A DNA stretch of 64,000 nt from Acidimicrobiales bacterium (GCA_036270875.1 DATBBR010000046.1:9925-73924), one strand, 5' to 3'; counted from the first letter of the stretch, positions 26,791-37,600 are shown. Numbers and translations: made by a program. Notes: generated by a model not told the origin, from the letters alone.

Positions 26791-28949
26791 TGGAGGGGCG
26801 GGACGCGAGTGGGCGCCTGCAGCTGCGCGCACTTGCCGATCGCCCGGTGACCGACCTGTCGGGTGTCGGGCCCACCAAGGCCAAGGCTCTGGAGGAGATG
26901 GGCATCACCACTGTCCTCGACCTCGTCACCCATTACCCGCGCCGGTACATCGACCGCACCCAGCAGGTTGCGGTCAAGGACCTGAAGGTGGGGGAGGAGG
27001 CCATGGTCCTCGCCCACGTGAAGCGGGTGAGCACGCGGCGGACGCGCCAGGGAAGAGCGCTCGTCGAGATCGACGTGTTCGACGGCACCGCCTACCTGCG
27101 GTGCACCTTCTTCAACCAGGGTTGGCGGGCCAAGCAGCTGGTGACCGGCCGGCAGGCGGTCTTCTTCGGGAAGCTCGACCTGTTCCGGGGTCGGCGCCAG
27201 ATGACCAACCCGGTCGTCGACCTGATCGGCGACCGCACCGGACGCATCGTGCCCGTCTACCCCCAGTCCGACAAGGCCGGCCTCTCCACATGGGAGCTGG
27301 CCGACTGGATCGAGAGCGCCCTGCGGCGGGCCGGCGAGCTCGCCGACCCCCTGCCCGAGCGCTGGCAGGACGAGCTCGGGATGGTCGGTCGGACCAAGGC
27401 CATGAACCAGATCCACGCGCCCGACTCCATGCCAGCCAAGGATGCGGGCCGGCGTCGCCTCGCCTTCGACGAGCTGGCCCGCCTCCAGGTGGCCCTGGTC
27501 ATGCGCAAGCGGAAGCTGGAGCAGCAGGCCGTCGGCATCAGCCACACGATCAAGCCCGAGCCCGGGAAGGCGTCGTTGCTCGAGGAGTTCCAGCGCCGCC
27601 TGCCGTTCTCGCTCACCGGGGCCCAGGAGCGGGCCATCGCCGCCATCGAGGGCGATTTGGCCAAGGCCCATCCGATGCACCGTCTGTTGCAGGGAGATGT
27701 GGGCGCCGGCAAGACAGTGGTCGCCCTGGCCGCCCTGCTCGTCGCCGTCCAGGGCGGCCACCAGGGCGCCCTCATGGCGCCCACCGAGGTGCTCGCCGAG
27801 CAGCACCACGCCGGGGTCCGGTGGCTCCTCCGCCAGGTCGTCATGCCTGACGAGTCGACCCTCACCCAGGACCGCCCGGTCCGCGTGGAGCTGCTCACCA
27901 ATCGCACCACGCCCACCGAGCGCGCCCGGCTGCACGACGGCCTTCGTGCGGGGACGGTCGACATCCTCGTGGGCACCCATGCCCTGCTGACCGAGGAGGT
28001 GGCCTTCTCCTCGCTCGGGGTCGTGGTGGTCGATGAGCAACACCGGTTCGGGGTTGAGCAGCGGGACATCCTGCGGGGCAAGGGCAGGTACTCGGGCGGC
28101 GCCGACCCCGACGTGCTGGTGATGACGGCCACCCCGATACCCCGGACGGCCGCCATGACGATGTACGGGGACCTTGACGTGACGGTGCTCGACGAGCTGC
28201 CCCCGGGACGGACGCCCGTCAAGACCACCTGGGCGAGGGGACCGCTGGAGGTGGAGAGCGCCTGGGACACGGTGCGCAGGGAGGTGGCGGCCGGGAGGCA
28301 GGCCTACGTCGTGTGCCCTCTCGTCGAGGAGTCAGAGCGGGTCCAGGCCCGCTCGGCAACCCAGGAGCGAGAACGGCTCGCTCGGGAAGACCTGCCGGGC
28401 CTGCAGCTCGGGCTCCTTCACGGCCAGATGCCGGCCCGCGAGAAGGAGTCGGTCATGGCCGACTTCAGGGACGGCAAGCTCGACGTCCTCGTGGCCACCA
28501 CGGTCATCGAGGTCGGCGTGGACGTCCCCACCGCCACGGTGATGGTGATCGAGGACGCGGACCGCTTCGGGATGGCCCAGCTCCATCAGCTTCGGGGCCG
28601 GGTGGGCCGGGGAAAGGACGCTTCCTGGTGCTACCTGCTCGGCGAGGGCTCCTCGCCCGAGGGTGAGAAGCGGCTGGAGGCCCTCCAGGAGTCGACCGAC
28701 GGCTTCCACCTCGCCGAGGTGGACCTGGACCTTCGGGGAGAGGGAACCGTCCTGGGCACCCGTCAGAAGGGACGCAGCGATCTCAAGCTGGCGTCGCTCC
28801 GACGGGACAGGGAGCTGGTGGCGCAGGCCCGTCAGATGGCGTTCGACATCGTCGACGCGGACCCGATGCTCGGCGCCCACGACCTGCTCGCCGACGAGGT
28901 CCGCCTGATGATCGACGAGGATGAGGCCGAGTTCCTCTTCAAGAGCTGA
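26790..28949 (+). CDS. recG: ATP-dependent DNA helicase RecG
   Basis: 1-nt overlap with the upstream stop. GDVGAGKTVVA, DEQHRFGV, TATPIPRT, QLHQLRGRVGRG. Confidence 0.95.
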   Translation: MEGRDASGRLQLRALADRPVTDLSGVGPTKAKALEEMGITTVLDLVTHYPRRYIDRTQQVAVKDLKVGEEAMVLAHVKRVSTRRTRQGRALVEIDVFDGTAYLRCTFFNQGWRAKQLVTGRQAVFFGKLDLFRGRRQMTNPVVDLIGDRTGRIVPVYPQSDKAGLSTWELADWIESALRRAGELADPLPERWQDELGMVGRTKAMNQIHAPDSMPAKDAGRRRLAFDELARLQVALVMRKRKLEQQAVGISHTIKPEPGKASLLEEFQRRLPFSLTGAQERAIAAIEGDLAKAHPMHRLLQGDVGAGKTVVALAALLVAVQGGHQGALMAPTEVLAEQHHAGVRWLLRQVVMPDESTLTQDRPVRVELLTNRTTPTERARLHDGLRAGTVDILVGTHALLTEEVAFSSLGVVVVDEQHRFGVEQRDILRGKGRYSGGADPDVLVMTATPIPRTAAMTMYGDLDVTVLDELPPGRTPVKTTWARGPLEVESAWDTVRREVAAGRQAYVVCPLVEESERVQARSATQERERLAREDLPGLQLGLLHGQMPAREKESVMADFRDGKLDVLVATTVIEVGVDVPTATVMVIEDADRFGMAQLHQLRGRVGRGKDASWCYLLGEGSSPEGEKRLEALQESTDGFHLAEVDLDLRGEGTVLGTRQKGRSDLKLASLRRDRELVAQARQMAFDIVDADPMLGAHDLLADEVRLMIDEDEAEFLFKS

Positions 28950-29000
28950 CCGGAGACCCCAAACCCCCGAGAACCGCGGGTCGCAGGTAATCTCGAAGGC

Positions 29001-29582
29001 ATGCGAGTGGTTGGTGGGGTCGCAGGAGGCCGCCGCCTACGGGCTCCCGCCGGCCGCTCCGTCCGGCCCACCGGCGACCGAGTCCGGGAGGCGGTCTTCA
29101 ACGTGTTGACCAGCCTCGGGGCCGTGGAGGGGGCAACGGTGGTCGACCTGTTCGCGGGCACCGGCGCGCTCGGCATCGAAGCGCTTTCGCGGGGCGCGGC
29201 GCACGTGACGTTCGTCGACCGGGATCCGGCCGCCGCCGCGACCATCCGCGACAACCTGGCCGCGGTCGGGCTGGCCGACGCCTCGTGGGACGTGGTGCGG
29301 TCCGACGCGCTGGCGTGGCTGGAGCACGGCCGGTCCGGGAAATCGGCCCGAGCGGGCGGCGACTCTGCGTTCGACCTCGCTCTGTGCGACCCGCCGTACG
29401 ACTTCGCGGCTTGGGATCGGCTCCTGCGGGGACTGTCCGCCGACCTGGCCGTGCTGGAGTCCTCGGTGCCGCTCGAGCCCCCGCCGGGCTGGGTGGTGCG
29501 GACTACCAAGCGCTACGGCGGTACGGTGGTGACCCTGGTCCAGCCGCTGCCGCATCAGGTCGCTCGGAAAGGTGCCTCGTGA
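29001..29582 (+). CDS. rsmD: 16S rRNA (guanine966-N2)-methyltransferase
   Basis: RPTGDRVREAVFN, DLFAGTGALGIEALSRGA, CDPPY. Confidence 0.92.
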   Translation: MRVVGGVAGGRRLRAPAGRSVRPTGDRVREAVFNVLTSLGAVEGATVVDLFAGTGALGIEALSRGAAHVTFVDRDPAAAATIRDNLAAVGLADASWDVVRSDALAWLEHGRSGKSARAGGDSAFDLALCDPPYDFAAWDRLLRGLSADLAVLESSVPLEPPPGWVVRTTKRYGGTVVTLVQPLPHQVARKGAS

Positions 29583-30058
29583 GGATCGCCCTGTTCCCCG
29601 GATCGTTCGACCCCTTCCACAACGGCCATCTCGAGGTCGTCGAGAGTGCCTGCCGGCTCTTCGACGAGGTGATCGTGGCCGTGCTCCGCAACCCTCAGAA
29701 GGGCGAGCCCCTGTTCAGCCTCGAGGAGCGCGCGGAGATGCTGGAGGAGTCGACCACGCACCTGCCGCGGGTGCGGGTCGTGGGGATGTCGACGCTGGTG
29801 GTCAACGTGGCCAAGGAGGTCGGGGCGACGGCCATCGTGAAGGGTCTGCGGGCCGTGACCGACTTCGAGAACGAGATGCAGATGGCCCAGATGAACCAGC
29901 AGCTGTCGGGGATCGACACCCTGTTCATCCCCACGGCGTCGACTCACTCGTTCATCGCCTCGAGGCTCCTGCGCGAGGTGGCGCGCTTCGGCGGCGACGT
30001 CAGCGGCCTCGTGCCCGCCCCCGTCGCCAAACGGCTCCAGGAGAGGTTCGGGCCGTGA
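29579..30058 (+). CDS. coaD: Phosphopantetheine adenylyltransferase
   Basis: GTGA overlap with the rsmD stop. IALFPGSFDPFHNGHLEVV. The 257-aa track ORF extends spuriously upstream. Confidence 0.93.
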   Translation: MRIALFPGSFDPFHNGHLEVVESACRLFDEVIVAVLRNPQKGEPLFSLEERAEMLEESTTHLPRVRVVGMSTLVVNVAKEVGATAIVKGLRAVTDFENEMQMAQMNQQLSGIDTLFIPTASTHSFIASRLLREVARFGGDVSGLVPAPVAKRLQERFGP

Positions 30059-30645
30059 GCCTGTTCGAGCCGGCCGACGGGCATGGCACCGAGGAGCTTC
30101 TTCGTTCAGCGATCGAGACGGTCCGCCGGGCCAAGTCGATGCCGCTGTCCGCCAACGCCCTCGTCGGCCGGGACGAGTTGGTGCAGGTGTTGGAAGAGGC
30201 GCTCAGGCAGCTTCCCGACGAGCTTCGTCACGCCCGTTGGATGCTCCGAGAGCGCGACGATTTCCTCAGCAAGACCCAACGCGAGGCCGAGGAGATCCTC
30301 GAGGCCTCGCGGGTGCAGGCTGAAGGCATGGTGCAGCGCGGCGAGATCGTCCGTCAGGCGCAGCATGCCGCCCAGCGCGTCCTCGACCGGGCCCACGACG
30401 AGTCCCGACGGCTGCGCCGGGAGGCCGAGGAGTACTGCGACCGCAAGCTGGCCACCTTCGAGGACCTGCTCGAACGGACGGCCAAGACCGTGCACTCGGG
30501 CCGGCGCAAGCTCCAGGAGACGCCGGCGCTGAACGTCGGTGGAGGCCTCGCCAGCTTCGACTCGGGGGCGGTCAAGCCCGGCGACGCCGCTGGCAACGGA
30601 CTCGACGCCAACGGGGGAGAGTTCTTCGACCAGGACCGAGGCTAG
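30055..30645 (+). CDS. Coiled-coil DivIVA-related protein (SepIVA-like, by position and sequence style)
   Basis: GTGA overlap with the coaD stop. Helical Arg/Glu-rich sequence (RAKSMPLSANALVGRDELVQVLEE...). It sits between coaD and yceD, as I recall for mycobacterial SepIVA. Confidence 0.6.
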   Translation: MSLFEPADGHGTEELLRSAIETVRRAKSMPLSANALVGRDELVQVLEEALRQLPDELRHARWMLRERDDFLSKTQREAEEILEASRVQAEGMVQRGEIVRQAQHAAQRVLDRAHDESRRLRREAEEYCDRKLATFEDLLERTAKTVHSGRRKLQETPALNVGGGLASFDSGAVKPGDAAGNGLDANGGEFFDQDRG

Positions 30646-30663
30646 GGACAGGGGGCGAGGACG

Positions 30664-31182
30664 ATGGCGCAGCATCCCTTCGTCGTCAATGTGGCGACCC
30701 TTCGGCGCCAGCCTGGCGCCAGCCGGCGGGAGCGGCGTGAAGGGCCGATCCCGGAGCTGGGGATCACGGGCAGCTCGGTGCCCGAGGGGGCGCCGGTGGT
30801 CGTGGAGGTGCTGCTCGAGTCGGTGCACGGCGGGATCATGGCGACGGGCTCCGTGTCTGCTCCGTGGACCGGCGAGTGCCGTCGCTGCCTGGCCGTGGCC
30901 CGCGGCGAGCTCCGGAGCGCCGTCCGGGAGCTGTTCGAGCCCAGTGGAGACCCCGAGCAGACCTACCCGCTCCGTGGCGACCAGCTCGACCTGGAGCCGC
31001 TGGCGCGCGACGCTGTGCTGTTGGACCTGCCCCAGGTTCCCCTCTGCATCGAGGAGTGCCTCGGGTTGTGCCCGGTCTGCGGCATCAACCGCAACGAGGC
31101 GAGCTGCTCGTGCCAGACCGAGACGGTCGACCCTCGGTGGGCACCGCTCGACGCCCTGCGAGGCGGTGAGCTTCGCCGCTGA
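30664..31182 (+). CDS. yceD: YceD/DUF177 family protein
   Basis: ECRRCL...LLDLPQVPLCIEECLGLCPVCGINRN. Immediately upstream of rpmF, as is usual. Confidence 0.9.
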   Translation: MAQHPFVVNVATLRRQPGASRRERREGPIPELGITGSSVPEGAPVVVEVLLESVHGGIMATGSVSAPWTGECRRCLAVARGELRSAVRELFEPSGDPEQTYPLRGDQLDLEPLARDAVLLDLPQVPLCIEECLGLCPVCGINRNEASCSCQTETVDPRWAPLDALRGGELRR

Positions 31183-31227
31183 GCGGGGTAGGTCCGGACA
31201 GCACACGCCAGACGAGAGCGAGAGAAG

Positions 31228-31407
31228 ATGGCCGTCCCCAAGAAGAAGACCTCGAAGGCCAAGACCCGGAGCCGTCGGGCCTCGAGCTGGGTCCTCCGGA
31301 CCCCGCCGCGCAGCGTGTGCCCACAGTGCGGTCGGGCGAAGCTGCCCCACGTGGTGTGCCCCAACTGCGGCTGGTACGGGGGCCGACAGGCCGTCGACGT
31401 CGACTGA
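31228..31407 (+). CDS. rpmF: 50S ribosomal protein L32 (not in the supplied ORF track; 59 aa)
   Basis: Hand translation gives MAVPKKKTSKAKTRSRRASSWVLRTPPRSVCPQCGRAKLPHVVCPNCGWYGGRQAVDVD. GAGAGAAG precedes the ATG. Confidence 0.93.
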   Translation: MAVPKKKTSKAKTRSRRASSWVLRTPPRSVCPQCGRAKLPHVVCPNCGWYGGRQAVDVD

Positions 31408-31450
31408 CGGGCACGTGACCAGCTCCGCTTCCGAGGCCTCCCCCGCCCCC

Positions 31451-32473
31451 ATGGCCGAGCCCGCGCCCGCGGGCCGGAGGGCCGCGGGCCGAAAGCCCGC
31501 GAGCTTTGCCGTCGCCGTCGACGCCATGGGCGGCGACCGCGGCCCCAGGGAGATCGTCGCCGGTGCCCGTCAGGCGGTCGACGAGCTCGACGTCCCCGTG
31601 CTGCTGGTGGGCCGGCCCGAGGAGCTTGGCGACACGGCGGGCCTGGAGGTCGTGCCGGCGAGCCAGGTGATCGGGATGCACGAGGACCCTGGACAAGGGG
31701 TCCGGCGCAAGAAGGACGCCTCCCTCGTCCGGGCGGCCGAGGCCGTGCGGGACGGCCGGGCGGCGGCAATGGTCAGCGCCGGCAACACGGGCGCCGCCAT
31801 GGCCGGCGCCCTGCTGCGCATGGGCCGGCTTCCAGGAGTCGCCCGGCCCGCCATCGCCACTCCGCTGCCCGTGCCCGGGTCCACCCACACGGTGCTGCTG
31901 GACGCCGGCGCCAACCCCGAGTGCACCCCCGAGTGGCTGGTGCAGTTCGCCAAGATGGGGTCGCTGTTCGCTCGACAGCGCTACGACCTGGCCGAGCCAC
32001 GCGTTGGGCTGCTGTCCAACGGGGAGGAGGAGAGCAAGGGCACGGCCCTGGTCAAGCGCACCCACGCCCTGCTCTCGGAGGGGGTGGGCGTCCGCTTCGT
32101 CGGAAACGTGGAGGCCCGCGAGCTGCTGAGTGACGCCGCCGACGTGGTGGTGACCGACGGCTTCACGGGCAACATCGCCCTCAAGGCGCTCGAGGGCGGC
32201 ATGAGGTTCTTCGTGAGCGCCCTCACTGGGGTCATGACCGCCAACGAGGAGACCAAAGCGGCGGCCAAGGTGCTGATGCCCGGCCTGGCTCCGCTCATGG
32301 AGGAGATGGACCCAGAGTCCACCGGCGGGGCCATGCTCCTCGGCGTGGACGGGGTCTGCATCATCAGCCACGGGTCCTCGTCAGCCCGGGCGGTGGTGAA
32401 CGCCGTGCGGGTGGCCCACGACATGGTGTCCCGGGGCCTGGTCGACGAACTGCGGCGAGCCGTCGCGCCCTGA
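31451..32473 (+). CDS. plsX: Phosphate acyltransferase PlsX
   Basis: FAVAVDAMGGDRGP, SAGNTGA, VVTDGFTGNIALK. The start is ATG 31451 or GTG 31415. The 644-aa track ORF is an upstream read-through artefact. Confidence 0.9.
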   Translation: MAEPAPAGRRAAGRKPASFAVAVDAMGGDRGPREIVAGARQAVDELDVPVLLVGRPEELGDTAGLEVVPASQVIGMHEDPGQGVRRKKDASLVRAAEAVRDGRAAAMVSAGNTGAAMAGALLRMGRLPGVARPAIATPLPVPGSTHTVLLDAGANPECTPEWLVQFAKMGSLFARQRYDLAEPRVGLLSNGEEESKGTALVKRTHALLSEGVGVRFVGNVEARELLSDAADVVVTDGFTGNIALKALEGGMRFFVSALTGVMTANEETKAAAKVLMPGLAPLMEEMDPESTGGAMLLGVDGVCIISHGSSSARAVVNAVRVAHDMVSRGLVDELRRAVAP

Positions 32474-32623
32474 AGGCCGGCCCAGGCGGCCGGGGCCGAT
32501 GACAACAGGCCCGGCCCCGGAGGCCCGGCCCGGGGGAAACAGCCCGGTCTCGGGCGTCATCGAGGCCGCGACGTGCGCCCGATACCGGTACGATCCGGAC
32601 GTCGACTGACCCCAGGAGCAGCA

Positions 32624-32920
32624 GTGCCCGCTGAGACCCATGTCGAGAAAGGCCCGTTCGACCGTCGCCAGGTCTTCGAGATGATCCGCGACCAGCTCGC
32701 CGACATCCTGGAGATCGATCCCGCCTCCGTCAGCGAGGGGGCCTCGTTCTCCGAGGACCTCAACGCCGACTCGCTCGCCCTCATCGAGCTGGTCGAGGGC
32801 CTGGAGGAGGAGCTGGGGGAGCGGACGGTCGGGTTCCGGGTCGAGGACGAGGACCTCGAGGACCTCAAGACCGTCCGAGACGCCGTCGACTACGTAGTCG
32901 CCAAGCTCGAGGCCACCTGA
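32624..32920 (+). CDS. acpP: Acyl carrier protein
   Basis: GTG 32624 sits 6 nt after AGGAG. LNADSLALIELV carries the DSL phosphopantetheine-Ser motif. Confidence 0.9.
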   Translation: MPAETHVEKGPFDRRQVFEMIRDQLADILEIDPASVSEGASFSEDLNADSLALIELVEGLEEELGERTVGFRVEDEDLEDLKTVRDAVDYVVAKLEAT

Positions 32921-32921
32921 G

Positions 32922-33698
32922 CTGCGCGAGCCGCCGGGACTGCGTCGTGTCGAGCTGGATGCACTGGCGCGACGGCTGGGACAGGAGCCGGGAGAGGTCG
33001 AGCTGCTCCAGCAGGCCATGGCCCACCGGTCGTGGTGCGCGGAAACCACGGGTGAGGCCTCGAACGAGCGCCTGGAGTTCCTAGGGGACTCGGTGCTGGG
33101 CCTCCTCGTCACCGACCACATCTTCCAGGCCTACCCGGACCTGCCCGAGGGGGAGCTAGCAAAGGTCCGGGCCTCGGTCGTCAACGCCGAGGTGCTGGCC
33201 GACCTGGCCGCGTCCCTCGACCTGGGGTCGGGTCTACTGCTCGGCAAGGGAGAGGACGCCTCGGGAGGACGCGAGAAGCCGTCCATCCTCGCCGACGCCT
33301 TCGAGGCCGTCATCGGCGCCATCTACCTCGAGCTCGGCCTGGACAGGACCGGTGAGCTGGTCATGCAGCTGCTCGGCGAGCGCATCAGGGAGGCGGCCGC
33401 CGGTCCTGGCGGCCAGGACTACAAGACGCGCCTCCAGGAGTTGGCCGCCCGACAGGCCGAGACCCTGCCCCGCTACGCGGTCGAGGAACAGGGTCCCGAC
33501 CACGCCAAGCGCTTCCGGGCCAGCGTGCACGTCGGCGGTCGGCTGCTCGGGCGCGGCGAGGGCCGATCCAAGAAGCAGGCCGAGCAGGCCGCGGCCCGGA
33601 TGGCGTGGGCCGATCTGTCCGGCACACCACGCCCGCCACCAGATGCGGCCGAGCTGCCATCGGTCGGGTCGGGTGGGCGGCGCGACGAGCGTGCCTGA
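32922..33698 (+). CDS. rnc: Ribonuclease III (5' end probably at a CTG codon; first ATG is 33018)
   Basis: NERLEFLGDSVLG, plus a dsRBD at the C-terminus. The conserved N-terminal LDALARRLGQEPGEVELLQQAMAHRSW lies upstream of the first ATG, in a stop-free stretch with no ATG/GTG/TTG. Confidence 0.88.
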   Translation: MREPPGLRRVELDALARRLGQEPGEVELLQQAMAHRSWCAETTGEASNERLEFLGDSVLGLLVTDHIFQAYPDLPEGELAKVRASVVNAEVLADLAASLDLGSGLLLGKGEDASGGREKPSILADAFEAVIGAIYLELGLDRTGELVMQLLGERIREAAAGPGGQDYKTRLQELAARQAETLPRYAVEEQGPDHAKRFRASVHVGGRLLGRGEGRSKKQAEQAAARMAWADLSGTPRPPPDAAELPSVGSGGRRDERA

Positions 33699-34530
33699 GC
33701 TCCCAGAGGTCGAGACCATCCGCCGTGATCTCGACGGCGCGGTGGTCGGCAAGCGAATCAAGTCGGTACAGGTGAAGGGTCGACGCTCGATCCGCAGGCA
33801 TCGGGGCCCGGCCGAGTTCAGGGGCAGGCTCGAGGGCCAGAAGATCACCGGCGTCAGACGACGGGGCAAGTACCTCCTGCTGTGCCTGGACGACGGCGAC
33901 GTGCTCGTCGTCCACCTGGGGATGAGCGGCCAGCTGCTCCGGCCCAGCAGCGCCCGGGAGGTGGCCGCCCGTCACACCCACGTCTCCATCACCTTCACGA
34001 AGGGCGGCGAGCTTCGCTTCGTGGATCCCAGGACTTTCGGCGAGATGTTCGTCGCCGCCGAGCCCGTCGTCGCCCAGGAGGTGCCCGAGCTCGGTCACTT
34101 GGGCTTCGATCCCCTGCACGATGTGATGAGCTGGGTGCAGTTCGGAGACCTGCTGCGCGCTCGCAAGACCAAGCTGAAGCCGCTCCTGATGGATCAGCGG
34201 TTCGTGGCCGGCATCGGCAACATCTACTCCGACGAGATCCTGTTCTCCGCCGGCCTCCGCCACGACCGTGGCTCGGAGACGCTGTCGTCTGAGGAGATTC
34301 GTCGGCTGTATCGGGCGATGGTCGAGGTGCTCTCCGACGCCGTGCGACACCGCGGCTCCTCGCTCGCGGACCAGCAGTACCGGGACCTGTTCGGCAGGCC
34401 GGGCGACTTCCAAAGCCATCATCAGGTGTACGACCGGGAGGGCCAGTCATGCCCGCGCTGCCATCGCCGCATCACGAGGATCAGGCTGGGGGGGCGTTCG
34501 TCGTTCCTGTGCGAAGGGTGCCAGGTCTGA
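33691..34530 (+). CDS. mutM: Formamidopyrimidine-DNA glycosylase
   Basis: GTG start overlapping the rnc end. PELPEVETIRRDL. C-terminal zinc finger CPRCHRRITRIRLGGRSSFLCEGCQ. Confidence 0.93.
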   Translation: MPELPEVETIRRDLDGAVVGKRIKSVQVKGRRSIRRHRGPAEFRGRLEGQKITGVRRRGKYLLLCLDDGDVLVVHLGMSGQLLRPSSAREVAARHTHVSITFTKGGELRFVDPRTFGEMFVAAEPVVAQEVPELGHLGFDPLHDVMSWVQFGDLLRARKTKLKPLLMDQRFVAGIGNIYSDEILFSAGLRHDRGSETLSSEEIRRLYRAMVEVLSDAVRHRGSSLADQQYRDLFGRPGDFQSHHQVYDREGQSCPRCHRRITRIRLGGRSSFLCEGCQV

Positions 34531-34608
34531 GGCGGGCGAAGTCGATGACCGCCCTGGTCGGCGGGGATACCCGAAGCAGGCCAGACACCCCGGTAACGTG
34601 ATCGCGCT

Positions 34609-37600
34609 GTGTTCTTGAAGGCGCTCACGCTCAAGGGCTTCAAGTCCTTCGCCGAGTCGACGACGCTCGAGCTCGAGCCCGGGGTCACCGTCGTCGTGGG
34701 TCCCAACGGCAGCGGCAAGTCGAACGTCGTCGACGCCGTGGCGTGGGTGCTCGGGGCCCAGGGGCCGAGGACCGTCCGCTCGGCCCGGATGGACGACGTC
34801 ATCTTCGCCGGATCGGCGAAGCGCCCGGCGCTGGGACGGGCCGAGGTCTCCCTCACGATCGACAACAGCTCGGGTCTCCTCCCAGTCGAGTCGTCGGAGA
34901 TCACCCTGAGCCGCACCCTGTTCCGTTCCGGCGACAGCGAGTACGCCATCAACGGCGTCCCGTGCCGGCTCCTCGACGTCCAGGAGCTCCTGTCCGACTC
35001 CGGCGTGGGCCGCCAGCAGCACGTCATCGTGAGCCAGGGCCAGCTCGACGCCGTGCTGAACGCCCGCCCCGAGGACCGGCGCCTGATCGTCGAAGAGGCC
35101 GCCGGGGTGCTCAAGTACCGCCGGCGGCGGGAGCGCGCCGAACGCCGCCTGGAGGCCACGGAGGGGAACCTCGAGCGGCTCCAGGACCTGCTCGGCGAGG
35201 TGCGCCGCCAGATCCGCCCCCTCGAGCGACAGGCCGAGGCCGCCCGCCGCCACAGCGGCCTGGCGGACGAGCTCCTCGCCGTCCGGCTGTACCTCGCCGG
35301 TCGGGAGCTCTCCAACCTCGACGCCCGTCTGACCGCATCCCTCGAGACCCGGACCGAGCTCGACAGGGAGCAGGACGGGCTCAAGGCCAGCCTGGCGACG
35401 CTCGACACCTCGGTGGTCGCGGCCGAGAGCGCGCTGACGTCGGGCCGAGGTGACGACCTGGCGGACCATCTCCGCCGGGTGGAGAGCCTGCGGGAGCGCG
35501 CGCTGGGGATGTCTGCCGTCCTCGTCGAGCGTCGCCGATCGATCGCCAGTGCGGCGAGCGCCCTGGCGGACCAGGACGTGGTGGCCGCTCTCGAGGCCGA
35601 AGCCGCCCGCCTCCGGTCCGAGCTCGACCAGACCGAGACGTCGGCCCGGGAGCTCGAGCCTTCGGGCGAGGAGCTGGCCGCCGCCGAGCTGGCGCTCGCC
35701 GGCGAACGAGCCGACCTCGAAGAGACCCTCGGCGACACCATGGGCCTGGTCTCCCGGGACGGGGCGGCGGCCGATGCCCGCGGTCAGCTTCGGACCATCC
35801 GCCACGGGCTCGACCGCGACCGGACGGAGCAGGGCCGGCTCGAGTCCCGCCTGGCTGCCATCGGGCACCGGTCTCACGGCCTGGAGGCCGATCGAGGCCG
35901 GCTCGGAGCCGAGATCGAGGCCGCCCGGAGAGCGGCGCCGTCGCTGGTCGCGGCGGCCGAGGACGCCGCCAAGCGGCGGGCGTCCGCCGAGTCCGAAGCC
36001 GAGCGGGCAGAGGCTGGTCTGCGCCGCGCCGACCAGGATCACCACTCGTGGCAGGCGCGGGCCGAGGCCTTGGCCCTTGCCCTTCATGAGGCGCGGGCCC
36101 GAGCAGGCGCCGAGCGCCTCTCGGAGGTCCCGGGGGTCGTGGGCACGCTGCTGGAGCTGGTGGCGGTGGACCCCGGGTGGGAGCGCGCGTTCGAGGCGGC
36201 GGCGGGCGAGGCGGTGGCCGCCGTGGTCATGGCCGGCCCCGGCGAGGCGCGTGCCGCCCTGGCCCATCTGCGCCGAGCAGGGAAGCCGGGTGCCGTGCTG
36301 GCCCCCGGCGCTGGGGGCTACCGACGCGTCGGCGACCCCACCGATCTCGCGGAGGTCGATCTGGTCCGGGCCCACGTCCGCTCCGCCGTCAACGGGGTCG
36401 AGCACCTTCTGGACGTCCTTCTGGCCGGCGCCGTCGTGGCGCCCGGGGGTTGGGAAGCGGCGGTGGACCTGGCGCTGCGCCGACCCGAGCTGATCGTGGT
36501 CACGGCCGAGGGCGACCGGTTCGGTGCGTCCGGGTGGCGGATCGGTGGTGGCGGGCCGACCGCCACGGGCGCCGCGCTCGACGAGGCACGGGCGCAAGCG
36601 GCGACGTTCGCCCGAGCGGTCACCGACGCCACCGAGGAGCTGCAGGCCGCTCGGGCCGAGTTGGCCGCGGCTCGGACCGCCGAGGCGGAGCTGGCCCGAG
36701 AGGTCGAGCGAGCCGACGCCCGGTCCGCGGGCACCAGCGAGGCGCTCACCCGGGTCGAGTCCGAGCTCGGGGTGCTCGCCCAGGATGCCCACCACGCCCG
36801 GGACCACGAGCAGGAGCTGACCCGGCGTATCGAGCACGACACGTCCCTGGCTGCCTCGCTCGAGCAGCGCCTGCCGTCGCTCGAGGCGGACGAGGCAGAG
36901 GTCGCCCAGCGAGTGGCCGTGGCACGGGAGGCCAAGGCACAGATGGACGAGCGAGTCGCTGCCGTGGCCCAGCTCCGTACCGGCCTCGAGGTGCGGACGG
37001 CGAGCCTCGACGAACGGCGCTCCCTCCTCGCCGGACGGCTGGGCGACATCGAGCAGCGGCTCGAGCGCGACCGGACGGAAGCGGACCAGGCGTCGGACCG
37101 CCGCCGGCAGATGGAGGCGGCCGCCATCGCCATCGATCGGCTGAGCGCAATGGTGGCGGGGCACGTGGCCACGCTCGAAGACCAGGCCGCGACCCTCGAT
37201 GAGCAGCGTCGCCAGATGGCCGCCGCCCTACACGACCGAGCCGCCCGTCTCGACCGCCTCCGGGGCGAGCGTCAGCAGGCCGAGCGTCGCCTGGCTGAGA
37301 TCCGGGAGCGGGCCCAGCGGGCGGAGATCGAGGACGCCGAGATCCGGCTCCGGCAGGAGGCGGCCGTCGAGTCCGTGCGCCGAGAGCTCGATCACGAGCC
37401 GGAGGCCGCCAAGGCCGCACCCCGCCCCGAGCCGGCCAGCGGGGTCACCATCGCCCAGCGAGGCAGGGAGCTCGAGCGTGAGCTGCGGCTGATGGGCCCG
37501 GTCAACCCGCTGGCCATCGAGGAGCTCACCTCGCTGCGCGAGCGCCACGAGTTCCTCGAGTCCCAGCTGGAGGATGTTCGGGGGGCCCGGCGGGATCTGG

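Noticed and set aside
30539-31450. Upstream 300 codons of the 644-aa ORF that ends as plsX
   Set aside because: This part overlaps yceD and rpmF in another frame and has no PlsX homology. PlsX homology begins at FAVAVDAMGGD, just after ATG 31451.
34447-37164. 905-aa minus-strand ORF (plus 34422-35741 and 36318-37172) antisense to smc
   Set aside because: The products are Arg/Pro/Gly/Ser-rich and low-complexity, with no motifs. The plus-strand frame has unmistakable SMC signatures. Long stop-free antisense frames are expected in DNA with near-saturated G/C third positions.
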